From positions 8,518 to 72,517 of the forward strand of contig PHAL01000014.1 in the NCBI GenBank assembly GCA_002840355.1: a stretch of DNA of 64,000 nt. The letters are read 5' to 3'. This document shows, in pieces, positions 34,133 through 44,634 of the stretch. The notes below the pieces were generated by a model. It was given only the letters and a program-made list of their open reading frames with translations, did not search any database and was not told where the DNA came from. Position numbers and translations under genes: made by a program. Position 1 is the first letter of the stretch. Every line of letters begins with the position of its first letter. This stretch comes from Elusimicrobia bacterium HGW-Elusimicrobia-3 (GTDB lineage Bacteria > Elusimicrobiota > Elusimicrobia > Elusimicrobiales > UBA9959).

Positions 34133-34175
34133 AAAGCGCCGGCAACAACTTGCAGACTCTAATTACGAGCAAACC

Positions 34176-35956
<1,781 letters not shown>

Positions 35957-35957
<1 letters not shown>

Positions 35958-36841
35958 TGCCCTCCTACCCGGACTGGATAGTAAAAGAGGTGCGCCGCAA
36001 CAAGGCCGACCTGCGCGGCACGGCCGCCTCCGGCACGGCCGCCCAGCTGAAGGCGCGCGCGCTGCACACCGTCTGCGACGAGGCCCGCTGCCCCAACAAG
36101 GGCAAGTGCTTCTCCGGCGGGGAGGCGACCTTCCTGATACTGGGCGACATCTGCACGCGCAACTGCGGCTTCTGCGCCGTCGCCAAGGGACTGCCGCCGC
36201 TGCCGCCCGATCAGGGTGAACCCCGCCGCGCGGCCGAGCTGTGCCGGGACTGGAAACTCAAATACGTGGTCTTCACCTCGCCCACCCGCGACGACCTGCC
36301 CGACGGCGGGGCGGCCCACTTCGCCGAGACCAACCGGCTGATCAAGGAACTCTCGCCAGGCATCCGCACCGAGCCGCTGATCCCGGATTTCAAAGGCGAC
36401 GTCAAAGCCCTCGAGACCGTGCTGGCCTCCGGTCCCGACGTGCTCGGCCACAACCTCGAGATGGTGGCCGGCCTCTACTCCGGGGCCCGCGCCGGCGCCG
36501 ACTACGGCCGCTCGCTGGCGGTAATTTCCAACTCCAAGCGCCTGCGCCCCGACATCCTCACAAAATCCGGCATAATGCTGGGCCTGGGAGAGAAACCGGA
36601 GGAACTGGAGCGCGCGCTGGCCGACCTGGCCGCCGCCGGCTGCGACCTGCTGACCCTCGGCCAGTATCTCGCCCCGTCCAACGCCCACCGGCCCGTGCGG
36701 AAATACTACACCGAAGAGGAATTCGCCAGGTGGGGGGAGAAAGCCCGGGCCGCCGGCCTGCGTGCCGTGCTCTCGGGACCGCTGGTGCGCAGTTCCTACA
36801 AGGCCCGCGAGCTTTACGAGGAGGCCCGTGGAAGAGCTTGA
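35957..36841 (+). CDS. lipA: Lipoyl synthase
   Basis: CDEARCPNKGKC (auxiliary cluster) and CTRNCGFCAV (radical SAM CxxxCxxC). Length 294 aa. Confidence 0.92.
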
Positions 36842-37541
36842 GAAGGACCGCGAGTCCCTGCGCTGGTTCACGCTGGCCTGGGACGACTATGTCGGCGCGC
36901 TGCCGCTGCTGATCCCCGTGATCCTGACGCAGGCCCTTTTCTCCGCCGGCTCCTTCTACATCATCCACCGCTGGCATTCTCTGCTGGCCGCCGCCCCGTA
37001 CATGCTGCTGGTGGTCACGCCGCTGGCCACCGGCATGAACCTCGTCTATATCAAGATAGCCCGCGGCGGCGGGGCGCGCTACGCCGACATTTTCAGCGCC
37101 TTCCCGGTCTACCACCGCGCCGTGGCCATCAGCGTACTGCTGTCCCTGGCCGCCATGGGCGGGGCGCTGCTGCTCGTAATTCCCGGCATCATCATCTACC
37201 TGACCTTCATGTTCAGCGAATACGCCGTGGTGGACCGCCGCACCGGCATCCGCGAGTCGTTCCGCCTGAGCGCCGCCATAACCTACGGCTGGAAGACCCG
37301 CCTGTTCCCGGTCTTCACGCTGGCGCTGCTCATCACCGCGCTGGTGCCGGACATCTACGTGGTGACCGGCCCGTTCAACACCCCGTCAGCCTCGCTGGTC
37401 CTAAAACCCTGGACGGTGGCGGCCGCGACGCTAAAAACCTTCGTCTTCCTGCCCTGGATAGGCCTCGCCATGGCCCGCGCCTACAACCTCCTCCTTTCGC
37501 AGCCGGCGCCGGAGCCGCGGCAGCCTCAGGCCGATGCTTAA
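36828..37541 (+). CDS. Integral membrane protein (possibly DUF975-like)
   Basis: GTG at 36828 preceded by GAGGAGG. About 5-6 TM helices. Pattern ...IIYLTFMFSEYAVVDRRTGIRESFRLSAAITYGWK... recalls the DUF975/glycerophosphoryl-diester-like membrane family. It overlaps the lipA end by 14 nt. Confidence 0.4.
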   Translation: MEELEKDRESLRWFTLAWDDYVGALPLLIPVILTQALFSAGSFYIIHRWHSLLAAAPYMLLVVTPLATGMNLVYIKIARGGGARYADIFSAFPVYHRAVAISVLLSLAAMGGALLLVIPGIIIYLTFMFSEYAVVDRRTGIRESFRLSAAITYGWKTRLFPVFTLALLITALVPDIYVVTGPFNTPSASLVLKPWTVAAATLKTFVFLPWIGLAMARAYNLLLSQPAPEPRQPQADA

Positions 37542-38727
37542 CCTGGTCTTCTACCACAGCCGCGAGAACCGCTGCAGCGTCAACGCGCTGGCCGGCGCCA
37601 TAGAACCGCTCGAGAACGTTAACGCCGTTTTCCCGAACACCCCGGCGGCCTTGCGCGAGGCCCTGGCGCGCCCGGCGCGCGGCATCACTGTGGCGGCTTT
37701 CTCCTTCTTCACCTCGCAGAAAGAGGAAACCGCCGAGCTGGTGGCGCGCCTGCGGGCGGATCATCCCGGCACGGTCTTCCTGGCCGGCGGCCCGCATGCC
37801 AGCGCCGAGCCGCAAGAGACGCTGGCGCTGGGCTTCGACTACGCGGTGGCCGGCGAGGGGGAAAAGGTTTTCCCGGAACTGCTGCTCGCGCTGGACACCG
37901 GCCGGGCGCCGGCGCCCGGAGTTATAAAGGGCGCCAGGGCCGATCTGGGCGCCTATCCGGCGGTCTCGGAGCGCTACGGCCTCTTCGGACCCATAGAGAT
38001 CACCCGCGGCTGCCCGTTCGCCTGCACCTACTGCCAGACCTCCTTCCTGTTCGGCGCCCGCCAGCGGCACCGCCCGCTGCCGGGGATACTGAGCGCCATG
38101 GACGCCATGCTCTCGCGCGGCCTCAAGGACATCCGCTTCATAACCCCGGACGCCTTCGCCTACGGCTCGGCCGACGGCCGCGCCCTGAACCTGCCCGCGC
38201 TGGAAGAATTCATGCGCCGCGCCCACGACCTGGCCGAGGCCAGGGGCGGGCGCATCTACGTCGGGTCCTTTCCTTCCGAGGTACGGCCGGAGCATGTCAC
38301 GCCCGAGACGCTGGCGCTGGTCAAGAAATACGCCTATAACCGCAGGCTGGTGATAGGGGCGCAGACCGCCACCGCGGCCGCGCTCAGGGCGATAAGGCGG
38401 GGCCACGGCCCCGAGGCCATCATGAACGCGGCGCGCCTCTGCAAGGCGCATAAGATAACCCCGTACATGGATTTCATCCTCGGCCTGCCGGGCGAGACCC
38501 CCGAGGACGAAGACGCCTCCATGGCTATGATGACGGAGCTGGCCGCCCTGGGCGCCATGATACACACGCACGCCTTCATGCCCCTGCCGGGCACGCCGCT
38601 GGCCGGGGAGCCGGCCGCGGTCATCGGCCCGCGCATGGAGGCCTTCATCCTGCGCCTGGAGTCGCGCGGCAAGTCCTTCGGCAAATGGAAGGAGCACCGG
38701 GCCGCCGCGCGCCGCAAGCGCGGTTGA
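37534..38727 (+). CDS. B12-binding-like domain/radical SAM protein (TIGR04013-like)
   Basis: Flavodoxin-like N-terminal domain, then EITRGCPFACTYCQTSF (CxxxCxxC), PGTPL near the C-terminus. Confidence 0.7.
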   Translation: MLNLVFYHSRENRCSVNALAGAIEPLENVNAVFPNTPAALREALARPARGITVAAFSFFTSQKEETAELVARLRADHPGTVFLAGGPHASAEPQETLALGFDYAVAGEGEKVFPELLLALDTGRAPAPGVIKGARADLGAYPAVSERYGLFGPIEITRGCPFACTYCQTSFLFGARQRHRPLPGILSAMDAMLSRGLKDIRFITPDAFAYGSADGRALNLPALEEFMRRAHDLAEARGGRIYVGSFPSEVRPEHVTPETLALVKKYAYNRRLVIGAQTATAAALRAIRRGHGPEAIMNAARLCKAHKITPYMDFILGLPGETPEDEDASMAMMTELAALGAMIHTHAFMPLPGTPLAGEPAAVIGPRMEAFILRLESRGKSFGKWKEHRAAARRKRG

Positions 38728-38839
38728 CTAACGTCATAGGCCTTACGGCCCAGAAGACGCGGGGTCCTAAGGCCTTTATTCCTCCGGCGCTAAGATGTAG
38801 AATTAATACAGCAGACACAGACCAGCAGGAGGAGAATTG

Positions 38840-39700
38840 ATGAAAAGATTAGCCATCGCCGCGGCCGCTTTCCTTAGCGCCGCAACCCTCAACGCCGCCG
38901 AACTCAACGGCCTCTCAGCCGCCGACGTGAAAGCTTCCAAGATAGAAGCGCCGGCCCCCGTCCTGGAGCAGGTTGCCGCCGAAAAATGCGGCCATGTCTC
39001 GGGCGACCTCACCAAGATGAACCTCTTCGCCACCGCCTCCCGGAGCCAGCTGATCAGCCACTCCAAGACCGAGGCCGAGTTCCAGGAATTCATAGCGATG
39101 TGGAAACCGATACTCGAGAAGTTCGGCATGCGCGTCGTCTCCACCGAGTACAAGCACGAGCTCGGCATCCTCAAGTACGAATCTCCCGACGGCAAAGTGG
39201 TGCGCATGTTCCTCGGCGACCGCATGAACTACGACGCCCTCAGCGCCGACGCGATGAAGAAAGAGCAGCACATGCTCATAGAGGCGCTCGAGAAGCAGGG
39301 CCTGACCCCGGTCGCGGCCTTCATGATCAAGAACGAGATCTTCCGCCCCACCTTCAACGTGTACTACCTGACCCAGGGCGACGAGAACGCGGACCACGAG
39401 GTCCAGCTGCGCCAGCTCAAGAACGGCGACGACATAGATTTCGACCTGCTGACCAACTCCGTCACGCTGGTGGAGAAGGACGCCTCCTTCTCGATGGTCT
39501 ACATCGGCCGGCTGCTCGGCTTCAAGGGCAAGCTGGCGGCCGACGAGGCCGCCATGGCGGCCAAGGTGGCCGACTACAAGAAGTTCCTGCTCGAGAACAA
39601 GAAGGAATTCATAGCCGCCAAGGTCACCAAGCTCGACGAGCCGTTCGTGGTCGGCGAGCACACCTACCGGTACTACGCCGCGCTGTACTTCTTCCAGTAA
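38840..39700 (+). CDS. Secreted protein of unknown function
   Basis: AGGAGGAG RBS. Signal peptide MKRLAIAAAAFLSAATLNA. No motif recognised. Confidence 0.5.
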   Translation: MKRLAIAAAAFLSAATLNAAELNGLSAADVKASKIEAPAPVLEQVAAEKCGHVSGDLTKMNLFATASRSQLISHSKTEAEFQEFIAMWKPILEKFGMRVVSTEYKHELGILKYESPDGKVVRMFLGDRMNYDALSADAMKKEQHMLIEALEKQGLTPVAAFMIKNEIFRPTFNVYYLTQGDENADHEVQLRQLKNGDDIDFDLLTNSVTLVEKDASFSMVYIGRLLGFKGKLAADEAAMAAKVADYKKFLLENKKEFIAAKVTKLDEPFVVGEHTYRYYAALYFFQ

Positions 39701-39722
39701 AGGGCTCCTGTCCCGCAGAAAG

Positions 39723-39748
39723 AACCGCCGGGAAACCGGCGGTTTTTT
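39723..39748 (+). terminator. Rho-independent terminator
   Basis: AACCGCCGG gaaa CCGGCGGTT followed by a T-run (ggttttttca). Confidence 0.85.
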
Positions 39749-39895
39749 CATATACCGGATACGTAGTAATACGCTTTGCCCCTGCCCTTTTTATATATTA
39801 ACCTAACTCTAGGGTTCGGGATCTTAAATATTATGTGAATTCGGCCGGGAGACAGCTCTCCGCGGCTACTGGCGCCCACCACGCGCCGCAAAGAA

Positions 39896-41662
39896 ATGCC
39901 GGAACAGAACAAAAGCATAAAAGTCCTGCTGGTAGAGGATAACCCCTTCGACGCGAAGGCGGTAGAGGGCCTATTCGGTTCCATCAGCAATCCGACTTTC
40001 TCCCTGCGCCAGGCCGACACGCTCGCCAAGGCTGTAGCCGCATACCGCGAGGAGCGGGCCGACGTTATCCTCCTTGACCTGAACCTGCCCGACTCCTTCG
40101 GCCCGGAGACCCTGCACAAGGTTCAGCGCGCCGCCCGGAACTGCCCGATCATAGTACTGACCGGCTTCTACGAGCAGCATATGGGGCCCCTGATAATAAA
40201 GAAAGGCGCTCAGGACTACATGGTCAAGGGCAAGATCACGGCCGAAGGGCTGAACTATTCTATCCGGTTCGCGATAGAGCGGGAAAGAATAGAGCGCAGG
40301 ATGCGCGAAAGAGAGGCGCGCCTCCGGGACCTGCTGGAGAAGATACCGGAGGGGTTCCTGGTGGTCAACCGGGCCAGCACTCCAGTTTTTGTCAACCGCA
40401 GCGCAGAAAACATATTCGGCTTGCCGCGCGCGGAGTTAGTAGCCACGCCGCTGCCGATGGAGATCATCGGGGAAGGGTCCACGGAAACGGAGCTGCTGCG
40501 CCGCGACGGCAGGAAAGTCCCGGTCGAGATACACGGCGTCCAGATACAATGGGGGAAGGAAGACTGCAGGCTGGTCATGATACGCGACATGACCCAGGCG
40601 AAGCTCCTGGAGCGCGCGCGCAACGACTTCATTTCCATGGCCTCGCATGAACTCCGCGGCCCGCTGACCATAGTACAGGAATCCCTGGCCCTGGTATGTG
40701 ACGGCACTACCGGCGATATCAGCGAGCAGCAGCGCGAGATACTGAAAATGGGCCTGGATAATACGGGCAGGCTGAACCGCCTGATAGACGCGCTGCTGGA
40801 TATCACGAAGATCGAAGCCGGCGTCATGCCGATGTACATCGCGGAAGCCGATCTGGCCAGTATCCTGCGCGAGACCTGCGCGGAGCATTCGCGGCTGGCC
40901 GCCGAGAAAGGCGCGGAGCTGGCCGCTGAGGTGCCGCCGACGCCGGTCCTATGCTACTGCGACGGGGACAAGATACGCCAGGTGCTTATGAACCTGCTCT
41001 CCAACGCTATAAAGTTCACGCCCACGGGAGGGCGGATAGACCTGTCGCTGCGGCTCTCGGGCGGGGACGCTCTTTTTGGCGTTACAAACACCGGCCAGGG
41101 CATAGACGCGGAAGACCTGCCCAAGATCTTCAACAAGTTCGGAAAGTTCGGCGGTTCCAGCGGCAGCGAAATCAAAGGCACGGGGCTGGGCCTGGCCATA
41201 AGCCGCGGGATAGTGGAAATGCACAACGGCAGCATCTGGGCCGAAAGCGAGGCGGGGAAGAATTGCAGCTTTTTCATGCGGCTGCCGAGGCTGTCCTTCG
41301 CCGAGGCGACTAAACACCTGGTCAGGAGGGAGATAGAATTTTCCCGCGGGAAAAGACCGATATGCACCCTTACGGCGCTGCTGCCGGCCAGCGAGGTCCC
41401 GAATGCCGTAAACTTCATCAAGGCCCGCTTCAGAAGCTCGAACGCCATGCTGATAGGGAAAGAGGGGGATATCACTATCCTGATACAGAATTCCGGGATA
41501 AAGGAATGCGCCAAGGCCTCCTTCCTGATGGGGGAAGGCTTGCGGGAGATCACCGGGAGCCAGGATAAGCCTGTGCCGATAACCGCGCTGCTCTATCCCG
41601 AGGACTTCAGGGACCAGGATGAATTTTGGCAAAAGATCTCGCAGATCAGGGGGGAGAAATGA
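39896..41662 (+). CDS. Hybrid sensor: N-terminal receiver, PAS, HisKA, HATPase_c, then a C-terminal extension of about 120 aa with unknown fold
   Basis: REC (KVLLVEDNPFD ... ILLDLNLPDSFG ... KG). PAS-like region (LLEKIPEGFLVVN...). H-box SMASHELRGPL. N/G boxes NLLSNAIKFT and GTGLGLAISRGIVEMHNGSIW. Confidence 0.85.
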   Translation: MPEQNKSIKVLLVEDNPFDAKAVEGLFGSISNPTFSLRQADTLAKAVAAYREERADVILLDLNLPDSFGPETLHKVQRAARNCPIIVLTGFYEQHMGPLIIKKGAQDYMVKGKITAEGLNYSIRFAIERERIERRMREREARLRDLLEKIPEGFLVVNRASTPVFVNRSAENIFGLPRAELVATPLPMEIIGEGSTETELLRRDGRKVPVEIHGVQIQWGKEDCRLVMIRDMTQAKLLERARNDFISMASHELRGPLTIVQESLALVCDGTTGDISEQQREILKMGLDNTGRLNRLIDALLDITKIEAGVMPMYIAEADLASILRETCAEHSRLAAEKGAELAAEVPPTPVLCYCDGDKIRQVLMNLLSNAIKFTPTGGRIDLSLRLSGGDALFGVTNTGQGIDAEDLPKIFNKFGKFGGSSGSEIKGTGLGLAISRGIVEMHNGSIWAESEAGKNCSFFMRLPRLSFAEATKHLVRREIEFSRGKRPICTLTALLPASEVPNAVNFIKARFRSSNAMLIGKEGDITILIQNSGIKECAKASFLMGEGLREITGSQDKPVPITALLYPEDFRDQDEFWQKISQIRGEK

Positions 41663-42024
41663 ACAAAGTGCTTATTATCGATGACGAAGAACAGCATACT
41701 GCGCTCGTTAAGATGCGCCTCGCCGCCAGCGGCATAAAAGTTCTGGCCGCCGATACCGCCGCCGGGGGGGCTGCGGTCGCGGCGAAGGAAAACCCGGACC
41801 TGATACTGCTGGACCTGCTGCTGCCGGACATGCGCCCCGAGGAAGCGGTAAGGGCGCTGCGCGCGGTACCCTGCTCCGCCAAAACCCCGATAATAGCCTT
41901 CACCGCGCTCGACCCGAGGGAGATACACCGCAGGCGGCTGGACGCGGAATTTTCAGGGATAGTCACCAAGCCTTATGATGCGCGGGACCTGCTGGCGAAG
42001 GTGAACAGGCTCATAAGGAAATGA
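41659..42024 (+). CDS. Single-domain response regulator (CheY-like receiver)
   Basis: MNKVLIIDDEE ... LILLDLLLPDM ... PIIAFTA ... KP. The ATG overlaps the kinase TGA (ATGA). Confidence 0.85.
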   Translation: MNKVLIIDDEEQHTALVKMRLAASGIKVLAADTAAGGAAVAAKENPDLILLDLLLPDMRPEEAVRALRAVPCSAKTPIIAFTALDPREIHRRRLDAEFSGIVTKPYDARDLLAKVNRLIRK

Positions 42025-42582
42025 TCAGAGGCCCAGCTCGGAGGATATTTTCTGCATGGCGCCCAGCGCCAGCTCCACGAACTCGTCCAGCTTTAGCCCC
42101 AGCTGCTCGCATTCCATTATAATGCCCCGGTCCACGGTGGCGGCGAAGCGCTTGTCCTTCATGCGCTTGGTCACCGAGGAAGCCTTCACGCTGGCCAGCC
42201 GCTTGTCCGGGTAGACCAAGGCGGTGGCGGTAATAAGGCCGGTCATGGTCTCGGCGGCCGCCAGCGCCCGGTGAAAGATCTCGGACCTGCGCCTGCCGCC
42301 GTGAGCGGCCTCGTTATGCAGCAGCACGGCCTCCACCAGGGGCTCGGGCAGGCCGCGCTCGCGGAGGATGCGCCCGGCCTCGTGGGTGTGGCGCGCCGGG
42401 TCCCCTTCGGTAAGTTCCACGTCCAAGTCGTGCAGCAGGCCGGCCAGGCCCCACAGCTCCGGATCTCCGCCCAGCCGCGCGGCCAGGGCCCGCATCACGG
42501 CCTCCGAAGCCAGGCAATGCTTCACCATGTTGGCGTTCTTAACGTGCGCACGCAGCAGTTCCAGCGCTTCTTCCCTTTGCAT
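42025..42582 (-). CDS. HD/HDIG-domain metal-dependent phosphohydrolase
   Basis: KHCLASEAVMRALA.....E.WGLAGLLHDLD is the H...HD signature. 185 aa. Its stop abuts the response regulator stop with 0-nt spacing. Confidence 0.7.
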   Translation of the reverse strand: MQREEALELLRAHVKNANMVKHCLASEAVMRALAARLGGDPELWGLAGLLHDLDVELTEGDPARHTHEAGRILRERGLPEPLVEAVLLHNEAAHGGRRRSEIFHRALAAAETMTGLITATALVYPDKRLASVKASSVTKRMKDKRFAATVDRGIIMECEQLGLKLDEFVELALGAMQKISSELGL

Positions 42583-42629
42583 AAGTCCTCCGTCGTAGAC
42601 CGTGTCGTCTAAAATTATAGAATATAGCG

Positions 42630-44000
42630 ATGGTCAATCCGAATACCGTGCTGCTGATCACCGTGCTGGCGTCGTTCTCCACGCCGTTCATGCTGTCGGC
42701 GGTAAATATTGCGCTGCCGGCCATGGCCCCGGCGCTGGGCCTGGACGCCATGGCCATGGGCTGGGTCTCACTCTCTTTCCTGCTGGCCTCGGCGGCGTTG
42801 CTGGTGCCGATGGGCCGGGCCGCCGACATATTCGGCCGCAAGCGGGTCTTCACCGCCGGCTTCGCCATTTTCACGCTGGCCTCCCTCTTCTGCGGCCTGG
42901 CCGCCACCCCGGCGCAGCTGCTGGCGGGGCGGGTGCTGCAGGGCGCCGGCTCCTCCATGATCTTCGGCACCTCGGTGGCCATCCTCACCTCGGTCTTCCC
43001 GCCGGAGCGGCGCGGCAAGGCGCTGGGCTGGGTCTCGGCCGCGGTCTACACCGGCCTGTCGCTCGGCCCTTCGCTGGGCGGCCTGCTGGTGCAGTACGTG
43101 TCCTGGCGGGCCATCTTCCTGCTCAACGTGCCGGTGGGGCTCTTCGTGCTCTGGCTGCTGCGCGCGAAGCTGGCCGGCGCCGAATGGAAGGGGGCGGAGG
43201 GTGAACGGTTCGACCTGCCCGGCGCGCTGCTCTACGCGGCGGCTCTGGCGGGGCTGATGTACGGCCTCTCCGCCGTCACCACTCCGGCCGGCGGCCTGAC
43301 GGTGCTGGCCGGGGCGGCCGCCCTTGGCGCTTTCTTCTACCGCGAAACACTGGCGCCGCACCCGATACTCAACGCGCGGCTGTTCCTGCAGAACAAGGTC
43401 TTCGCCTTCTCCAACCTGGCGGCCTTCCTCAATTACAGCGCCACTTTCGCCATGGGCTTCCTGCTGAGCCTGTACCTGCAGTACGCCGGCGGCCTGGCCC
43501 CAAGGGAAGCGGGCTTCATCCTCGTGGTACAGCCGCTGCTGATGGTAACTTTCTCGCCGTGGGCCGGGCGGCTGTCGGACAGGCACGACCCCGGCCTTAT
43601 CGCCTCACTCGGTATGGGGCTGACCGCCGCCGGCATGCTGTTCTTCGCCTGGCCGGAGGCGGGCCTGCCGCTCTGGCGCGTGCTGGCCGGCCTGGGCGTG
43701 ATGGGCTTCGGCCTGGCCCTGTTCGCCGCGCCCAACACCAACGCCGTCATGGGCTCGGTGGAGAAGCGGCACTACAGCGTTGCCTCGGCCACGCTGGCCA
43801 CCATGCGGGTAACGGGCCAGATGTTCAGCATGGCCGTGGTGATGGATCTCTTCTCGCTCTTCGTGGGCAAGGTGCGCCTCGGGCCTGACAATTACCAGGG
43901 GCTTTCCGACGCCTTCGGCGCCGGGGTCTGGATCTTCGCCGCCCTGGCCGCCGCCGGGGTGCTGGCCTCGCTCAAAAGACGCCGGGCCAGAATTTTATAG
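42630..44000 (+). CDS. MFS transporter, 14-TM drug:H+ antiporter (DHA2/EmrB-like) type
   Basis: Motif A-like GRAADIFGRKRVF. About 14 hydrophobic segments. 456 aa. Confidence 0.8.
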   Translation: MVNPNTVLLITVLASFSTPFMLSAVNIALPAMAPALGLDAMAMGWVSLSFLLASAALLVPMGRAADIFGRKRVFTAGFAIFTLASLFCGLAATPAQLLAGRVLQGAGSSMIFGTSVAILTSVFPPERRGKALGWVSAAVYTGLSLGPSLGGLLVQYVSWRAIFLLNVPVGLFVLWLLRAKLAGAEWKGAEGERFDLPGALLYAAALAGLMYGLSAVTTPAGGLTVLAGAAALGAFFYRETLAPHPILNARLFLQNKVFAFSNLAAFLNYSATFAMGFLLSLYLQYAGGLAPREAGFILVVQPLLMVTFSPWAGRLSDRHDPGLIASLGMGLTAAGMLFFAWPEAGLPLWRVLAGLGVMGFGLALFAAPNTNAVMGSVEKRHYSVASATLATMRVTGQMFSMAVVMDLFSLFVGKVRLGPDNYQGLSDAFGAGVWIFAALAAAGVLASLKRRRARIL

Positions 44001-44027
44001 GATAACTGAAGATAGCCGGGAGGGGAT

Positions 44028-44567
44028 ATGATAAAGTGCTACGCTAAAACTCTGCTGCTGAGCTGGCTGCTCTTCCTGCTGGTGCTGCTGCTGCCCCTGT
44101 TCATGGGCATCGCCCCCGACACCAGCCTCGCCCGCTCCGCCGCCGAGGCGCTGGTCTACGGCGCCGTCCTGGCCGCGATACTGGGTACGGCGCAGGTGAT
44201 CGCGGCCCGCCGCGCCGCCGGGCCGGGCACGGCGGGGGACATCTATTCCGTTTCGCAGACCAGGACCTTCGACAGCGCCCTGCCCCGGGAGCGGCTCTTC
44301 GCCGCCGCGGAGCATTACCTCAGCCAGGCGGGACGCAGCCGGGTCACGCTCAGGGACCCGGAGGGCGGCAGGCTGGAGACGCTCACGCCGCTGAACCTGC
44401 TCACGCTGGGCAGCAGGATAACCGTAACCCTGTCCGACGCCGGAGAAGGGCGCTGCGGCATCAAGATAAATTCCCGCCCGCTGCTCCCCACGCTGCCGGC
44501 CGATTTCGGCGCTAATCTCAAGATAGTGCGTGGGATAGAGGCGCACCTGCGCGCCGGCGGCCTGTAA
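44028..44567 (+). CDS. Membrane-anchored protein of unknown function
   Basis: Two N-terminal TM helices followed by a soluble domain of about 110 aa. No motif recognised. Confidence 0.4.
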   Translation: MIKCYAKTLLLSWLLFLLVLLLPLFMGIAPDTSLARSAAEALVYGAVLAAILGTAQVIAARRAAGPGTAGDIYSVSQTRTFDSALPRERLFAAAEHYLSQAGRSRVTLRDPEGGRLETLTPLNLLTLGSRITVTLSDAGEGRCGIKINSRPLLPTLPADFGANLKIVRGIEAHLRAGGL

Positions 44568-44590
44568 AACAACGGCGCGGAAAAGAAAAA

Positions 44591-44616
44591 GGCCGGACAA
44601 GCGTCCGGCCTTTTTT
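44591..44616. terminator. Bidirectional rho-independent terminator between convergent genes
   Basis: GGCCGGAC aagc GTCCGGCC flanked by aaaagaaaaa and tttttt. Confidence 0.85.
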
Positions 44617-44634
44617 GCGCCCCGGGGGCGGGCC

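Noticed and set aside
34007-34175. A T-box leader upstream of aspS.
   Set aside because: There is no T-box sequence (AAnnnGGGUGGUACCGCG-like), no specifier-loop architecture and no terminator/antiterminator alternative with a T-run. The element is dominated by one long perfect inverted repeat.
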